Source: a bacterium
Lineage (GTDB): Bacteria; Bdellovibrionota_C; UBA2361; RFPC01
Assembly (NCBI GenBank): GCA_030431715.1
Contig: JAUIIO010000004.1
Coordinates: 977-64,976, forward strand
DNA length: 64,000 nt
Reading direction: 5' to 3'
In this document: one piece after another, positions 18,929-29,295 of the stretch
Position numbering within the stretch: the stretch's first letter is position 1
Layout of the letters: every line of letters begins with the position of its first letter
The notes under the pieces: generated by a model
The model's input: only the letters and a program-made list of their open reading frames with translations
Told to the model about the DNA's origin: nothing
The model's database searches: none
Translations under genes and position numbers: made by a program

Positions 18929-19894
18929 TTAGGGAAAGGGATATCCCGAGTATTTGAGATGCTTAAAAATCTGTAATGATTTTATGCCGATAAGCCCGTC
19001 TCCGACGGACTCCTGTAGAGCTTGAATAATCTCATTAAGCTCCTCCGCATGTGAGATTTCAACTCCAATCTCATAGTCCCATGCGCCCATACACTCTATA
19101 AAATGGAGAACTCCGGGGTGCTTTTTACAGAACGTATAGAGCTGTTGCGTTAGCATCGGCGCGATGCCCCTTGAGTAGATTAACAATCGATAGGTAAGAA
19201 GATTGCTACCACTGAGATTTAGGCGATAAATATAACCCCCAATAACCCCACTTTCTTCAAGCCTGCCTACTCTTCTCTCAAGAGTTGAGAAAGGTATAGC
19301 GAGTAGTCTGGAAAGCTCTCTTTTAGAGCTATATTCATTGTTGGCGAGGCCAGACAGAATAGTGTGGTCAACTTCATTGATTTCAACGGAAGATGGCAGT
19401 TTTCCGATCTTTAGTGGCGCAATGTTTTGTGAGCGCTTCCAGAGATATTTGCGGCCAAAGGCGTGAAATGAGATGCGAACAGAAATAGATTTTTGAAAAA
19501 AGAGCTGCCCGAATTCTTCTGAAAGTTCACCGAGAAGAAACGAGACCTCCTCTATCCGGCGCGCACAAAAGGCCACTCCAATCTGAAAGTCGCCACCTAG
19601 CTGTGCCACCCACGATACTCCGGGTGCAGCAATCAGTCTGCTGATGAGCTTGTTTGTTGAGCGCTTTGAAGTGGAGGAGAGTGAGAAGTAGATCGTGTAA
19701 TCGGTGTATCCCAGAGGATAGTTGTTAATAAACGGAGCCTTGCCGACAATTATCCCTCTGCGCTTTAAGGATGCGATAGCGTAATGAATGGAATGAGCAC
19801 GAAGTTTGGTCTGTTTCTGGAGCTCGCTCACAGGCACCTCAGCTTGGTGCTCAATGGCCCCGAGTATCTTTCTTTCCTTATCGCTTAATTGCAA
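18929..19894 (-). CDS. Tandem (duplicated) Lrp/AsnC-family transcriptional regulator
   Basis: Two wHTH+RAM units (LSDKERKIL...LKRRGII...LGGDFQ; INEVDHTIL...LEESGVI...MGAWDYE). Likely TTG start at 19894 after a purine-rich SD. Confidence 0.88.
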   Translation of the reverse strand: MQLSDKERKILGAIEHQAEVPVSELQKQTKLRAHSIHYAIASLKRRGIIVGKAPFINNYPLGYTDYTIYFSLSSTSKRSTNKLISRLIAAPGVSWVAQLGGDFQIGVAFCARRIEEVSFLLGELSEEFGQLFFQKSISVRISFHAFGRKYLWKRSQNIAPLKIGKLPSSVEINEVDHTILSGLANNEYSSKRELSRLLAIPFSTLERRVGRLEESGVIGGYIYRLNLSGSNLLTYRLLIYSRGIAPMLTQQLYTFCKKHPGVLHFIECMGAWDYEIGVEISHAEELNEIIQALQESVGDGLIGIKSLQIFKHLKYSGYPFP

Positions 19895-20047
19895 CGCCTC
19901 TCCCCTTCCGGTCTGACAGATTGCCAATATAATCTAATATTGACCCGTATATGTCATAATTGATGGTCAGCTTAGCACAGAGTAGAGCAAAAAGCTAATT
20001 ATGAACCATAATCTCGCTATCAGAGAACACTTGATAGGAGATGTCTA

Positions 20048-21100
20048 ATGAATACTAAACAAGAGAACTCAGTAGGAAGAGGCCCCATTGCGCTTGAGCA
20101 GGCTCTTAAAGAATCGGCGAAGTTCACAATGCTTGCCGAAGAGAGCTTTCGCTCTGTTGATGAAAAGCAGAAAGAGGTTGAGAGAGAGCATGAGAAACAA
20201 AAGCAGATGCATATGGTGGAGCTTCAAGAGTCTCTCCTTGTACTTGAAGAGAGGCTAAATCTTGAGCAACAAAGATTACGAGAAGCACCCGCGTATACAA
20301 TGCTCTCTGCGATGGACGCCATAACTCATTTTTATGGTAGCTCGCTTTTAAGAAAATCCGATTGGGTCGGAGCCTATACTGGCCTTGAAAGTAAGTTACG
20401 TGAACATGCGCTAGAGAATGAATATCCAGTTCCTGTCCTTATTTTTTCTGAAGTTAAAAAAGGTGGTTGGGAAGACGATCCTGTAAGGATCGAGCATGAG
20501 TTTAGCCTAACCTTTGTTGAACCGTCATCTGATGGAAATTACTTCCACGCAAAATCAAGAGAAAGAGAGCAGAGCGTCCACGCGTTTACAAATGATGTAG
20601 AGATGGTAGTGGATTCAAAACTCTCACTACCCGGCAGGTCCATCAACGTTGCGCGAGATATTACATATGGAGAACTTTCAGGTGTATATTTGACTCACGG
20701 AAAAGAGCTTATCCTTGCAAGCTCTCTTCTCCCAAAAGGGAGAAGTTTTCTCGATGTGTATGAGGACGAATCATACGCAGGTCGGTACGAATTCCAGAGT
20801 ATCGCTAAGAGTCACCTTATCCGTCCTCATGAACTTCTCCCTGAGGATGAGAACGCAGATATCTTCTTTGAATACACCGTAGGGTGGGAAGAGCTCGAGA
20901 AGAAAGTACTTACCTACGAGTACGAAGAGCGAGAGCAGGTCGTAGAGAACCTTCTTTACTGCTTTGAATGTAACGGGCAAGAGCACTTTGGCGGCGTTAA
21001 CACCCCACTTGGCGACCTCTTTGAGCACATAGTTGAGGCAAGAAAGGTACAACAAAAAATTAGCACAGAATGTTCAAGACGAATTCAGGAGTTATCATAA
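20048..21100 (+). CDS. Hypothetical acidic protein with N-terminal coiled coil
   Basis: 350-aa ORF, SD aggag; stop overlaps the next start. Confidence 0.75.
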   Translation: MNTKQENSVGRGPIALEQALKESAKFTMLAEESFRSVDEKQKEVEREHEKQKQMHMVELQESLLVLEERLNLEQQRLREAPAYTMLSAMDAITHFYGSSLLRKSDWVGAYTGLESKLREHALENEYPVPVLIFSEVKKGGWEDDPVRIEHEFSLTFVEPSSDGNYFHAKSREREQSVHAFTNDVEMVVDSKLSLPGRSINVARDITYGELSGVYLTHGKELILASSLLPKGRSFLDVYEDESYAGRYEFQSIAKSHLIRPHELLPEDENADIFFEYTVGWEELEKKVLTYEYEEREQVVENLLYCFECNGQEHFGGVNTPLGDLFEHIVEARKVQQKISTECSRRIQELS

Positions 21101-22557
21101 TGAGACCAATAGACAATAATCCGACACGATACGATGTCACCCAAAACCTATCACACTACTCAACGCTTCAAGACTCGCTTGCCGATTTACGTGAGTTCTC
21201 GATCACTCTGAGACTCAAAGAGGGATATGAAGATTTAGGGAGTATCCATACAACAAGGGCAGTAAGTGATGCAGCAAAAAGCTGGATGCAGGAACGAGCC
21301 GCCAGACGTCAACCTTTTCTATCTGGTATTCTACAGGAGGGAGACATTCTCTATGCACACCCAATAGCTAGGCCGCCTTATGGCAGTGCGGGTGAGGAGC
21401 CAGTAGTAGAGTTTAAAGGGCTAGTAAGCCCGCTTTATAACAGTGATCTCACTGACGAGGAAGTAATGGCTCTCCTAAATGAGCTGGCATCACTTCTCGG
21501 GAACGTTGCAGGACAAACCAGAGTTTATGTCACATTTCAGGACTCATGCTGGGTTCTTCAACAAGATGGCAAATCTTCCCCGCGAGGAGATTATTTTACG
21601 GCAGCTCAAAATGCTCTGGTAGATCTGCACGAGCTTGGGCAACGTCTTATCTCTCGTAAAGAATTTCAGATCGATCTTATACCATCAGCAACAAGTCATA
21701 CTCGCGCCGAGCTCCGCTCACTCTTTCGTGATGGTAGACTCTATGTGTGTGATTTCTATCTTGATGATATTGAGACCGAACATGAAATTAAGGGCGGGTA
21801 TTACTCATCTGACTACGATATTGTAAATATTGACCATCATGCTCCTCATGATCGGATGTATCGACACATCTCCAGCGGGAATCTTGCTTGTGAGTATGTG
21901 AGATATGGAACTACTCGTAAAGAAGACAGGGTAATCATTAATCACACAGACTGTGATAGTGTTCTTAGCTCTCTTATTATGAGAGGCCATCTCCCTCCCC
22001 TGCCCCTTTTTGAAGAAGCTGTAATTGCAGCTGACCATACTGGAAAGGTGAATCCTATAGCAGATCTTTTGCAGGCCTTAGATGTAAAAAAAGATCTGGC
22101 CTACTCTGCAAGGAATCTCGGGCTCCTTTTAATGGAGCGCCCACTTGATCAATCAGCGCAAGCCTTACTTAATAAGCGAGAACGTGGCAGGGAAGAAACA
22201 CGCGCGGCACTTCTTGATGGGGATGCTCTTAAAGTAGACGGACAGGTTGCACTTGTGCATTTGACCGATAACATGAGGAATGAGTTTATGCCGACTCTTC
22301 TTCCGGAAGCGGCTGTAATAATGACTTACGAAGAGATTAAGGGATCGGGTCGCTGGGCTTGTAGGCTCAGGCTCGGACAGAATGCCCCGGATGGGTTTAC
22401 TCTAAATTCACTTCATATAAATGAGAATATCGATCCCAACTACGGAGGACGGTGGAATGCGGGAGCAAACAAGAGAGGAGGAGGCACCAATATTCCAATT
22501 GCTGAGTATCATTTAAAAATGTGCGAAGCTTATAACCGACACACTCAGACCTTATAA
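21100..22557 (+). CDS. Two-domain protein: unknown N-domain fused to a DHH-like phosphoesterase
   Basis: NIDHH, NHTDCDS, AADHTG, GGRWNAG; start ATG 21100 is coupled (TAATG) to the upstream gene. Confidence 0.7.
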   Translation: MRPIDNNPTRYDVTQNLSHYSTLQDSLADLREFSITLRLKEGYEDLGSIHTTRAVSDAAKSWMQERAARRQPFLSGILQEGDILYAHPIARPPYGSAGEEPVVEFKGLVSPLYNSDLTDEEVMALLNELASLLGNVAGQTRVYVTFQDSCWVLQQDGKSSPRGDYFTAAQNALVDLHELGQRLISRKEFQIDLIPSATSHTRAELRSLFRDGRLYVCDFYLDDIETEHEIKGGYYSSDYDIVNIDHHAPHDRMYRHISSGNLACEYVRYGTTRKEDRVIINHTDCDSVLSSLIMRGHLPPLPLFEEAVIAADHTGKVNPIADLLQALDVKKDLAYSARNLGLLLMERPLDQSAQALLNKRERGREETRAALLDGDALKVDGQVALVHLTDNMRNEFMPTLLPEAAVIMTYEEIKGSGRWACRLRLGQNAPDGFTLNSLHINENIDPNYGGRWNAGANKRGGGTNIPIAEYHLKMCEAYNRHTQTL

Positions 22558-22580
22558 AGCTCATCTTGAATTGTATACAT

Positions 22581-23630
22581 CTATCCTCGTAAACGTTCTA
22601 CGTTCTCTAAATGTTTCATCAGTAAACGAGCAGCTATTTGGTGGCCAAGTGGTGAAGGATGTGGGTCTGTTGAGCTAATGGTAAGATTTGACCCTGTGTA
22701 TTTTGTTATTCCCATTTTACTCATTTTCCGTTGGATTTTCGGCCATGCATAAACGATTTCAAAATTTCTCTTCTGAAATTCCGCTAAGCTTTCAAGAGAG
22801 GTCTTTTCATGAATATAGACAAGAACTCTGAAGGAGTGTTTGTGGCTAAGTTGTGACAACTCATCAAGGGCAGATTGAAACTTTAGAAAGCCTTGCGCTT
22901 TAACTTCAGCAGATTGACTGACTGGATGGTAGAGTGACGTATGGGGAGTTGTTATTCCGCTTAGATATTTTATGTGTTCTGCGAGAAAGATACGACAAAA
23001 AGAGAAATAGGGCGTGGGAGTTCTTACGAAATAAGGAAGTTCAAAATCATTAGAGTGCACAAATCCTAAGATAACTATCTCAGGGTTAAGGGAAAGGGCC
23101 TTAGCTTTGAGCGTTGCAACCTCAAGAGGAGTATTGTATCCGGGAACAGCCGTGTTAATGACTTGCCACTTATTCGCTGAGTACTTCTTATCTAGCTTTC
23201 TCTTAAGGAGTGAAAGATAGTCACTCCCCTCCTCTACTCTCCAGCCGAACATTAGTGAGTCGCCAATCCCAACTATTGTTTTTTGAGAATTGCCGTTCGA
23301 TATGTGCGGCGTGCTGAAGCGAAATCCATTTGAGTCTGTTGTCACACGAGCTCCTAGAAAACGCACCTTCATATTGGGGTGAAGCTCGTAAATTCTGTCA
23401 GCATCTGTACTTATGGTTATAAGATTTGAAAAGTTATCAGTCTCAAAGTAGTTCTCAGGCGGTTCTGTCTGAATTTCATAGAGTGAACGTCCCTCACGGA
23501 GATAGATAAGGTACCGAAAGAGAGATTCGGCAACTATGAGTGACAGTAAGAACGAAGTGACGGCAAGAACGATATTCTTTAGTACAAAATGAGTTGATCG
23601 CGAACTTGCTTGTATGCTGCTTTCGGACAT
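22581..23630 (-). CDS. Membrane-anchored SGNH/GDSL hydrolase-family protein
   Basis: N-terminal TM, GDSLMFG, NTAVPGY, DPHPSPLGH. Confidence 0.88.
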   Translation of the reverse strand: MSESSIQASSRSTHFVLKNIVLAVTSFLLSLIVAESLFRYLIYLREGRSLYEIQTEPPENYFETDNFSNLITISTDADRIYELHPNMKVRFLGARVTTDSNGFRFSTPHISNGNSQKTIVGIGDSLMFGWRVEEGSDYLSLLKRKLDKKYSANKWQVINTAVPGYNTPLEVATLKAKALSLNPEIVILGFVHSNDFELPYFVRTPTPYFSFCRIFLAEHIKYLSGITTPHTSLYHPVSQSAEVKAQGFLKFQSALDELSQLSHKHSFRVLVYIHEKTSLESLAEFQKRNFEIVYAWPKIQRKMSKMGITKYTGSNLTISSTDPHPSPLGHQIAARLLMKHLENVERLRG

Positions 23631-23645
23631 AAAAGAATGTCTGAA

Positions 23646-24356
23646 TTAGGATTGAACTCTATGAGGTGGCCCAGAGGATCGGGTGAACCACGAACGTATC
23701 TCTTTAGCTTTATGCTTTATGTGTTCAAGCGCTAAACGCGGTTTTGTGACACTAGATCGTGAGTACACATACGGTTGATCATTCCACGCAATATCTGTAC
23801 TTCCCTCATGCTGCTTTTGAAACACGACACTTCTCGCTGGAAACTCTTTAAGAAACGACCAGTGAGGATCTTCTTGTAAAAAATCACGTAATACTTTGCC
23901 AGTCCAGAGGTGGATATCATCTATGACAAGCATTCCGCCTAGTTTTAGGTGTGGTTCAATAAAGTACCAGTCAATAAACGGTGATGGAAAAGAGTGACAT
24001 CCATCTATAAAAACAAAATCATAGCTCTTATGAGACATCGAAGGAAGGAGATACTGAGAACGCTCAATCTTAAAAGATACAGAATCAAGGGAGATACCTA
24101 GCTCAGAACAATACGACTTAAGACGATGAACCTCTTCGATATTTGGTACGATACAGGTATGGGTTGCGCCTTTTAGCGCAAAAATGACCGTGCTCAGGCC
24201 ACATCCTGTTTCAATGGTAGAGGAGCCGGTAGCTACGTGATCATGAATGTATCTGGCACACTCAAGAGAGATCTTCCAGCAATGATCACCATCACCGTGG
24301 ACAAGTGGCGGTGATTTGTAAATTGTTTCAAGAGATGGTTGAGGGTTTTCTTTCAT
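23646..24356 (-). CDS. Class I SAM-dependent methyltransferase (Methyltransf_24-like)
   Basis: IETGCGLST, FVFIDGCH, GGMLVIDD. Confidence 0.88.
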   Translation of the reverse strand: MKENPQPSLETIYKSPPLVHGDGDHCWKISLECARYIHDHVATGSSTIETGCGLSTVIFALKGATHTCIVPNIEEVHRLKSYCSELGISLDSVSFKIERSQYLLPSMSHKSYDFVFIDGCHSFPSPFIDWYFIEPHLKLGGMLVIDDIHLWTGKVLRDFLQEDPHWSFLKEFPARSVVFQKQHEGSTDIAWNDQPYVYSRSSVTKPRLALEHIKHKAKEIRSWFTRSSGPPHRVQS

Positions 24357-24377
24357 AGAGCTAAAGAATACTACATA

Positions 24378-25784
24378 TTACAGAGCGCTTCGAAGTGAAT
24401 GCATCCTTCTATGTGATACTGCAGCACAGAGAAGAAATCCAGAAATAGCGATGGCAATTAACATAAAAATCGACTTGGGCAAGACAAAGGTGTGAAGAGT
24501 CGAAAAAATAATAAGAGATATCAGGGCAATGGCCCATCCTGGACGTAGAGCTCTTAGAAGGTGAAAGGAGAGTTGTTGTCTTACCTCGTGTAAGAGATAA
24601 AAAATTGAGAGCTGTGAAAGTATATAGGCAACGGCAAACCCCATTATACCAGCGAGATAGAGCAGCGGAAGCCCGATAATCCATACCCCGAGAGAGACTA
24701 AGAGCGTAAAACGTAAAACCTTCCCTGACCTTCCAGTTGCGTTCAGTACACTAAAGAGCGGAGCATAAAATGGAAATAAAAGACTTGCTAGCCAGAGAAT
24801 AGTAAAAAGAGGTAGCGCATCTAACCATTTTTCACCAAATACAAGGAGGGTAATAGAGTCGCTATATATAAGAAGAAACATTGCGATAGGTAGTATGAGT
24901 ATGTGTGTGAGTGAAAGCGCATCCTCAAGCTGTCTACCGAGCTCCACCGGATCGTCTTGTACTTTAGACATGGCAGGAAGAAAGAGGCGTTGCAGCACAA
25001 GAGAGCCCATAGGTAGCGATAATGCGAAAGTTGTCGCCCAACTCATCTGACCAACGGCTGTGGCTCCTGCAAAAAAACCGATAGCAATCGGGGTAAAGCT
25101 ATCTCGCACGATCGTAGCAAGTTGCACGGATTGATAAGGAAGAGCAAAAGAGAGTCGCTCTTGGAGTTGATTTCGTTCAAAGGCAAAGCCAAAACTCCAC
25201 GGTTGCCTAAGGAAAAGGAGTAGAGAGCCAAGAGTCGCGTATAGAACCCACCCATAGGCGATAATGAGATGAGGAGTCTCTGAGTAAGCTGCGAAGATAC
25301 ACGTTGCCGTAAAGCAGCCTGCCTGAATAAGCTCAGTAGTTGCGACGTAGCCGAAATGCATCTTTCTTTCTAATAAGATAGTAGGCACCGTTGCGAATGA
25401 CTGAAGCCACGCTGCAAGCGCCACAAGTATAAAAGCGGTCGCTACGTTCTCTCCTCCTCCGTACCATGAAGCAAGGATCGGTGCGGCAAACCACACCAAT
25501 ATGAGCTGTATGGTATCAAGTGTTGAGCGTACACATTGTACTGTCCGAAGCAATGACGTATCAGGCTCATGTTTCTGGCGGATGATACTTGCTCCGAGTC
25601 CAAGATCTCCAATAGAGAGATGGAGATAGAACTGAAAAGTAAGCACCGCATAAATTCCGAAATCTGACACTTGAAGCGAACGTGCCAGTACAACTCCAGC
25701 AATCATGCCAAAGAGCTGAACAAAAAACTGCCTCGTACAGAGGATTACAGCACCTCTTGAGAGATTTCTTATGGAATAAACCAT
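24378..25784 (-). CDS. Oligosaccharide flippase (Wzx/WzxC-like)
   Basis: LARSL..DFG, DLGLGASIIR, LVFGEKW, about 12 TM segments. Confidence 0.88.
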   Translation of the reverse strand: MVYSIRNLSRGAVILCTRQFFVQLFGMIAGVVLARSLQVSDFGIYAVLTFQFYLHLSIGDLGLGASIIRQKHEPDTSLLRTVQCVRSTLDTIQLILVWFAAPILASWYGGGENVATAFILVALAAWLQSFATVPTILLERKMHFGYVATTELIQAGCFTATCIFAAYSETPHLIIAYGWVLYATLGSLLLFLRQPWSFGFAFERNQLQERLSFALPYQSVQLATIVRDSFTPIAIGFFAGATAVGQMSWATTFALSLPMGSLVLQRLFLPAMSKVQDDPVELGRQLEDALSLTHILILPIAMFLLIYSDSITLLVFGEKWLDALPLFTILWLASLLFPFYAPLFSVLNATGRSGKVLRFTLLVSLGVWIIGLPLLYLAGIMGFAVAYILSQLSIFYLLHEVRQQLSFHLLRALRPGWAIALISLIIFSTLHTFVLPKSIFMLIAIAISGFLLCAAVSHRRMHSLRSAL

Positions 25785-25790
25785 CTCGTC

Positions 25791-26876
25791 TTAGGTCCCC
25801 CTTTCTAGAGTTTGGGGCGAAACGAGGTGTTTCCAGAAATTACATGGTGGTTGAAGCTGCCGTAAGCGTACAATTGAGCCTAAATGAAAAAGGTTCCATA
25901 TAAAAGCTACACAGAGAACCGGGGCTTTACGTACTTCTTTAGAGAATGTGATCCGTAAGAGCTGTGCTACTTCTTGTGCCATCCATCTTGGCAGCTTTGA
26001 AAGTGGGAAATACTTTAAGACAGTTCTCATGCGTGCTTTTTCAAAGAGAAGAGCTCGTTTCCATCCAGCAGGCATCCGCTTTTTATCTCCTGAATGTGCA
26101 TCGTGGTCGACTATAGCGAGTGGGGCGACGATAACTTGTTGATTGTATAAGTGGAGTCGGATTCCTATTTCAGTATCGTCATACCATTTCGGAAGAAGCG
26201 CATCGAGGGGGAATACCTTATGAGCGCTCTCTGCTCTTAGAACCATTCCACAGCCCATCGGATAAAAGACGGTTGTACGTGGTTTGAGATTGGTGATGTC
26301 TACTCCATAATCTCTATCTGCCGCGAGGCCACTTGTCGTTAAAACTCCGCCAAACCCATTAACTCGTAGCGGATCATCAGCAAAAAAAACGAGTGAACAT
26401 ACAGCACCGATATCTGTTTCAGAGTAGAGGGCATTAAGTGCTTCTTGTAGCCACTCAGGAGTTGGATACCCATCGTTATCTAAAAATGCTAACACTTCCC
26501 CCCTACTCTTAGTCACTCCTACATTTCTGCCTCCAGCTACGCCGAGATTTGTATCTGCACGAATAACCGTTAGAGGAAATGGGGCGATGAAATTCTGTGC
26601 AATCTGATCGCTTCCATCTGTTGAATGATTGTCAATTACAAGGACTTCAAAATGTTTGTAGCTTTGGGCACTGAGTGCACGCAAGCAACGGGGAAGAACG
26701 TCTTTGCCGTTATAATTAAGGATGATTATCGATACAAGTGGAGTTGCTGTGTGCTTTGGTAGCGGACGGACACTAAGCTGTTCTCGAACAAGTTCAAGAC
26801 GCTCTTTCTGTACCCGATCTGTGTGAGCAAGATCGGGGTTAGAGCTTATACCCTTAGAAGGTTGGGCCTCAAACAT
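25791..26876 (-). CDS. Glycosyltransferase family 2
   Basis: SIIILNYNG, IDNHSTDGS, NLGVAGGRN, FLDND. Confidence 0.92.
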   Translation of the reverse strand: MFEAQPSKGISSNPDLAHTDRVQKERLELVREQLSVRPLPKHTATPLVSIIILNYNGKDVLPRCLRALSAQSYKHFEVLVIDNHSTDGSDQIAQNFIAPFPLTVIRADTNLGVAGGRNVGVTKSRGEVLAFLDNDGYPTPEWLQEALNALYSETDIGAVCSLVFFADDPLRVNGFGGVLTTSGLAADRDYGVDITNLKPRTTVFYPMGCGMVLRAESAHKVFPLDALLPKWYDDTEIGIRLHLYNQQVIVAPLAIVDHDAHSGDKKRMPAGWKRALLFEKARMRTVLKYFPLSKLPRWMAQEVAQLLRITFSKEVRKAPVLCVAFIWNLFHLGSIVRLRQLQPPCNFWKHLVSPQTLERGT

Positions 26877-26998
26877 TGCTTTCTCTATCCCATGGTGAAA
26901 AGATTACTTATTATAAACCCGTATTCTAGCAGGATTGTATTGAACCTCAATATCGATTACGAGAAATATCGTATGAGCACCTTAGATAGTCTACAAAA

Positions 26999-28114
26999 GT
27001 GAAGATAGCTTTCGATACAAGAATTTACCACTATACGAAGACTGGAATCGCCCGTTATCTCTATGGGCTGGTCAATGCATTTTCAGAGTTACAAGAAGGT
27101 GACGACATTACCTTACTTGCTGCTAGAAACAGCTCTGAGCCGCTTCTTCGAAAAAAACATGTTCGTACACATAGGCTCTTAACTCCGCCCCATTTTCGTT
27201 TCGAACAACAGTCGCTTTTTTTTGATTCCCTCCTTTTAAAAGAGATCGATCTTATCCACTGTATCGACTTCTATGCTCCGTTTCCTTTCCGTTATCCTCG
27301 AGTGCATACAGCACAAGATCTCTATTTTCTTAAAGAGCCACAAAGCCTTGATCCCGCAAGCCGAAGACACTACACGAAATTTCAAAGTGAAGCTAAGAAT
27401 GCGGCTCATACGGTATGCATCTCAGAGAGTACGAGAAGAGATCTCTTAAACCTTACAGATGTTCAACAAGAGCGCACCTCTGTCATTTATCCAGGCTTTA
27501 CTACGCTAGTGGCAGACTACTCCGAAAGCTTTAGACGTAAGACGCTTAAGAAGATCTGCGACGGAGTATCGCCAATACTCATGGTTGGAACGATTGAACC
27601 GCGTAAGAACTATCTAAGGGCGCTTAAAGCCTATGAGATAGTATTTGATACGTACAAAGAGAAGACACCGCCACTCGTTGTTGTTGGGAAGAAGGGATAC
27701 AGGTCTGAACTCTTTTTCCAAGCGTTAGATAAGTCGCCTGCTAATACGCATGTACGCTACGAGGGCTCTCTTACTGATACTGAGCTAAGTGTTCTTTATG
27801 ATAAAGCTTGCGTCCTTTTGTATCCGAGCCTCTATGAAGGATTTGGTTTTCCGATTCTTGAAGCGTTTGGGGCAGAGACTCCCGTAGTTACTTCAAATCT
27901 CTCTTCAATGTTAGAAATTGGGAAAGATGCTGTGCTTACCGTAGATCCTGAAGATGAACACGGAATCGCTCAAGCACTTTTACGTCTTCTTGAGGATTCA
28001 GAACTCTCTGCACAATTGATAAAGAGAGGGAAAGAGGAACTTTCTCTATATACGTGGCAACAGTGTGCTTGTGAGATGAGAGAGGTCTATAAGCAGGTGT
28101 TAGCTAGAGTATGA
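26999..28114 (+). CDS. Glycosyltransferase family 4
   Basis: TGIARY, VGTIEPRKNY, PSLYEGFGFPILEA. Confidence 0.93.
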   Translation: MKIAFDTRIYHYTKTGIARYLYGLVNAFSELQEGDDITLLAARNSSEPLLRKKHVRTHRLLTPPHFRFEQQSLFFDSLLLKEIDLIHCIDFYAPFPFRYPRVHTAQDLYFLKEPQSLDPASRRHYTKFQSEAKNAAHTVCISESTRRDLLNLTDVQQERTSVIYPGFTTLVADYSESFRRKTLKKICDGVSPILMVGTIEPRKNYLRALKAYEIVFDTYKEKTPPLVVVGKKGYRSELFFQALDKSPANTHVRYEGSLTDTELSVLYDKACVLLYPSLYEGFGFPILEAFGAETPVVTSNLSSMLEIGKDAVLTVDPEDEHGIAQALLRLLEDSELSAQLIKRGKEELSLYTWQQCACEMREVYKQVLARV

Positions 28115-29295
28115 ATATCTTACTAGTCGTCTCATCGCTCCCCTATCCGGAAGACTCTGGAATGAAGATACGAAACGGAGCTTTTATCCGTGAGCTCTCA
28201 AAACATCATAGCGTCTTTCTTGTAGCGCTTGATCGCGGTGAAGATATCGACCGTGCTGTTAAAGCCCTTTCACCGCATACAGGTAAAATATTTCTCTATG
28301 ACGGTAAGCGAACGCAGCTCCGTAGAGCCCTTGATATGTTTAGAACGGTTTTTTCATCAATCCCTTATGTGGCTTCTTCCTGCTACTCTAGAGAACTCAG
28401 CTCTACTATCCCTAAGATAGTGAGTGAGCACAGTATTGATATCGTTCAATTACAAGAGATCTATATGGCTTCAAACATCTGTTGCCAAGAACTCTCTGTG
28501 CCCGTTGTCTTAGATATGCCTAATTGCGAGTCTGATCTCTTATTTCGGATCGCTCACACGACCTCTCATCTTGTACGAAAGTGGTTTCACCGTTGGCAAG
28601 GTTTTAAAATGAGGCGCTTTGAGAGAAGTGTGCTTAAAGAGGTAGATAGTATACTATCAGTTTCTACTAACGATATGGCCCTCCTACGAGAACGCTCGTT
28701 CACTACACCACTCTCACTTATTCCAAATGGTGTGAACCTGCTAGAGAGAGAATCTGTTACGTTGCCCTCAAATAGACTCATCTTCACAGGTTCGCTTCAT
28801 TATCCTCCAAACCGAGAAGGTCTTCTCTGGTTCTTTCGAGACATTTGGCCTGAGATACAATCTCTTCATAAAGAAGTCACCCTTGATATTATTGGACGGT
28901 CCCCATCTCTTGATCTGCTAGCATATGCATCTGAAAGAGTAAGATTTGTCACTGATTGCGATGATATAAGCGTGCATTATCGTAATGCTGATATAGCTAT
29001 TGTTCCACTCCTTGCAGGCTCTGGCACACGTTTAAAAATATTAGAGAGTTTTGCCGTCGGTGTGCCTGTTGTCTCAACAACATGTGGTGCTGAAGGTATA
29101 GAGGTCACTCAATCAAAAGACATTCTTCTTGCAGACACTCCACAAGCATTTAGAAGTTCAATACTGATGCTTTTAGAAGATAGAGAGAAAGCTCAGGGCA
29201 TTGCGGATGCAGCTTGGAATCTTGTCCGAGCAAAATATCAGTGGCAAGATATTCTTAAAAGAGCTTTACCTGTTTATGAGGAGCTTACGAGATGA
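28111..29295 (+). CDS. Glycosyltransferase family 4
   Basis: FTGSLHYPPNREG, PLLAGSGTRLKILE. Confidence 0.92.
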   Translation: MNILLVVSSLPYPEDSGMKIRNGAFIRELSKHHSVFLVALDRGEDIDRAVKALSPHTGKIFLYDGKRTQLRRALDMFRTVFSSIPYVASSCYSRELSSTIPKIVSEHSIDIVQLQEIYMASNICCQELSVPVVLDMPNCESDLLFRIAHTTSHLVRKWFHRWQGFKMRRFERSVLKEVDSILSVSTNDMALLRERSFTTPLSLIPNGVNLLERESVTLPSNRLIFTGSLHYPPNREGLLWFFRDIWPEIQSLHKEVTLDIIGRSPSLDLLAYASERVRFVTDCDDISVHYRNADIAIVPLLAGSGTRLKILESFAVGVPVVSTTCGAEGIEVTQSKDILLADTPQAFRSSILMLLEDREKAQGIADAAWNLVRAKYQWQDILKRALPVYEELTR

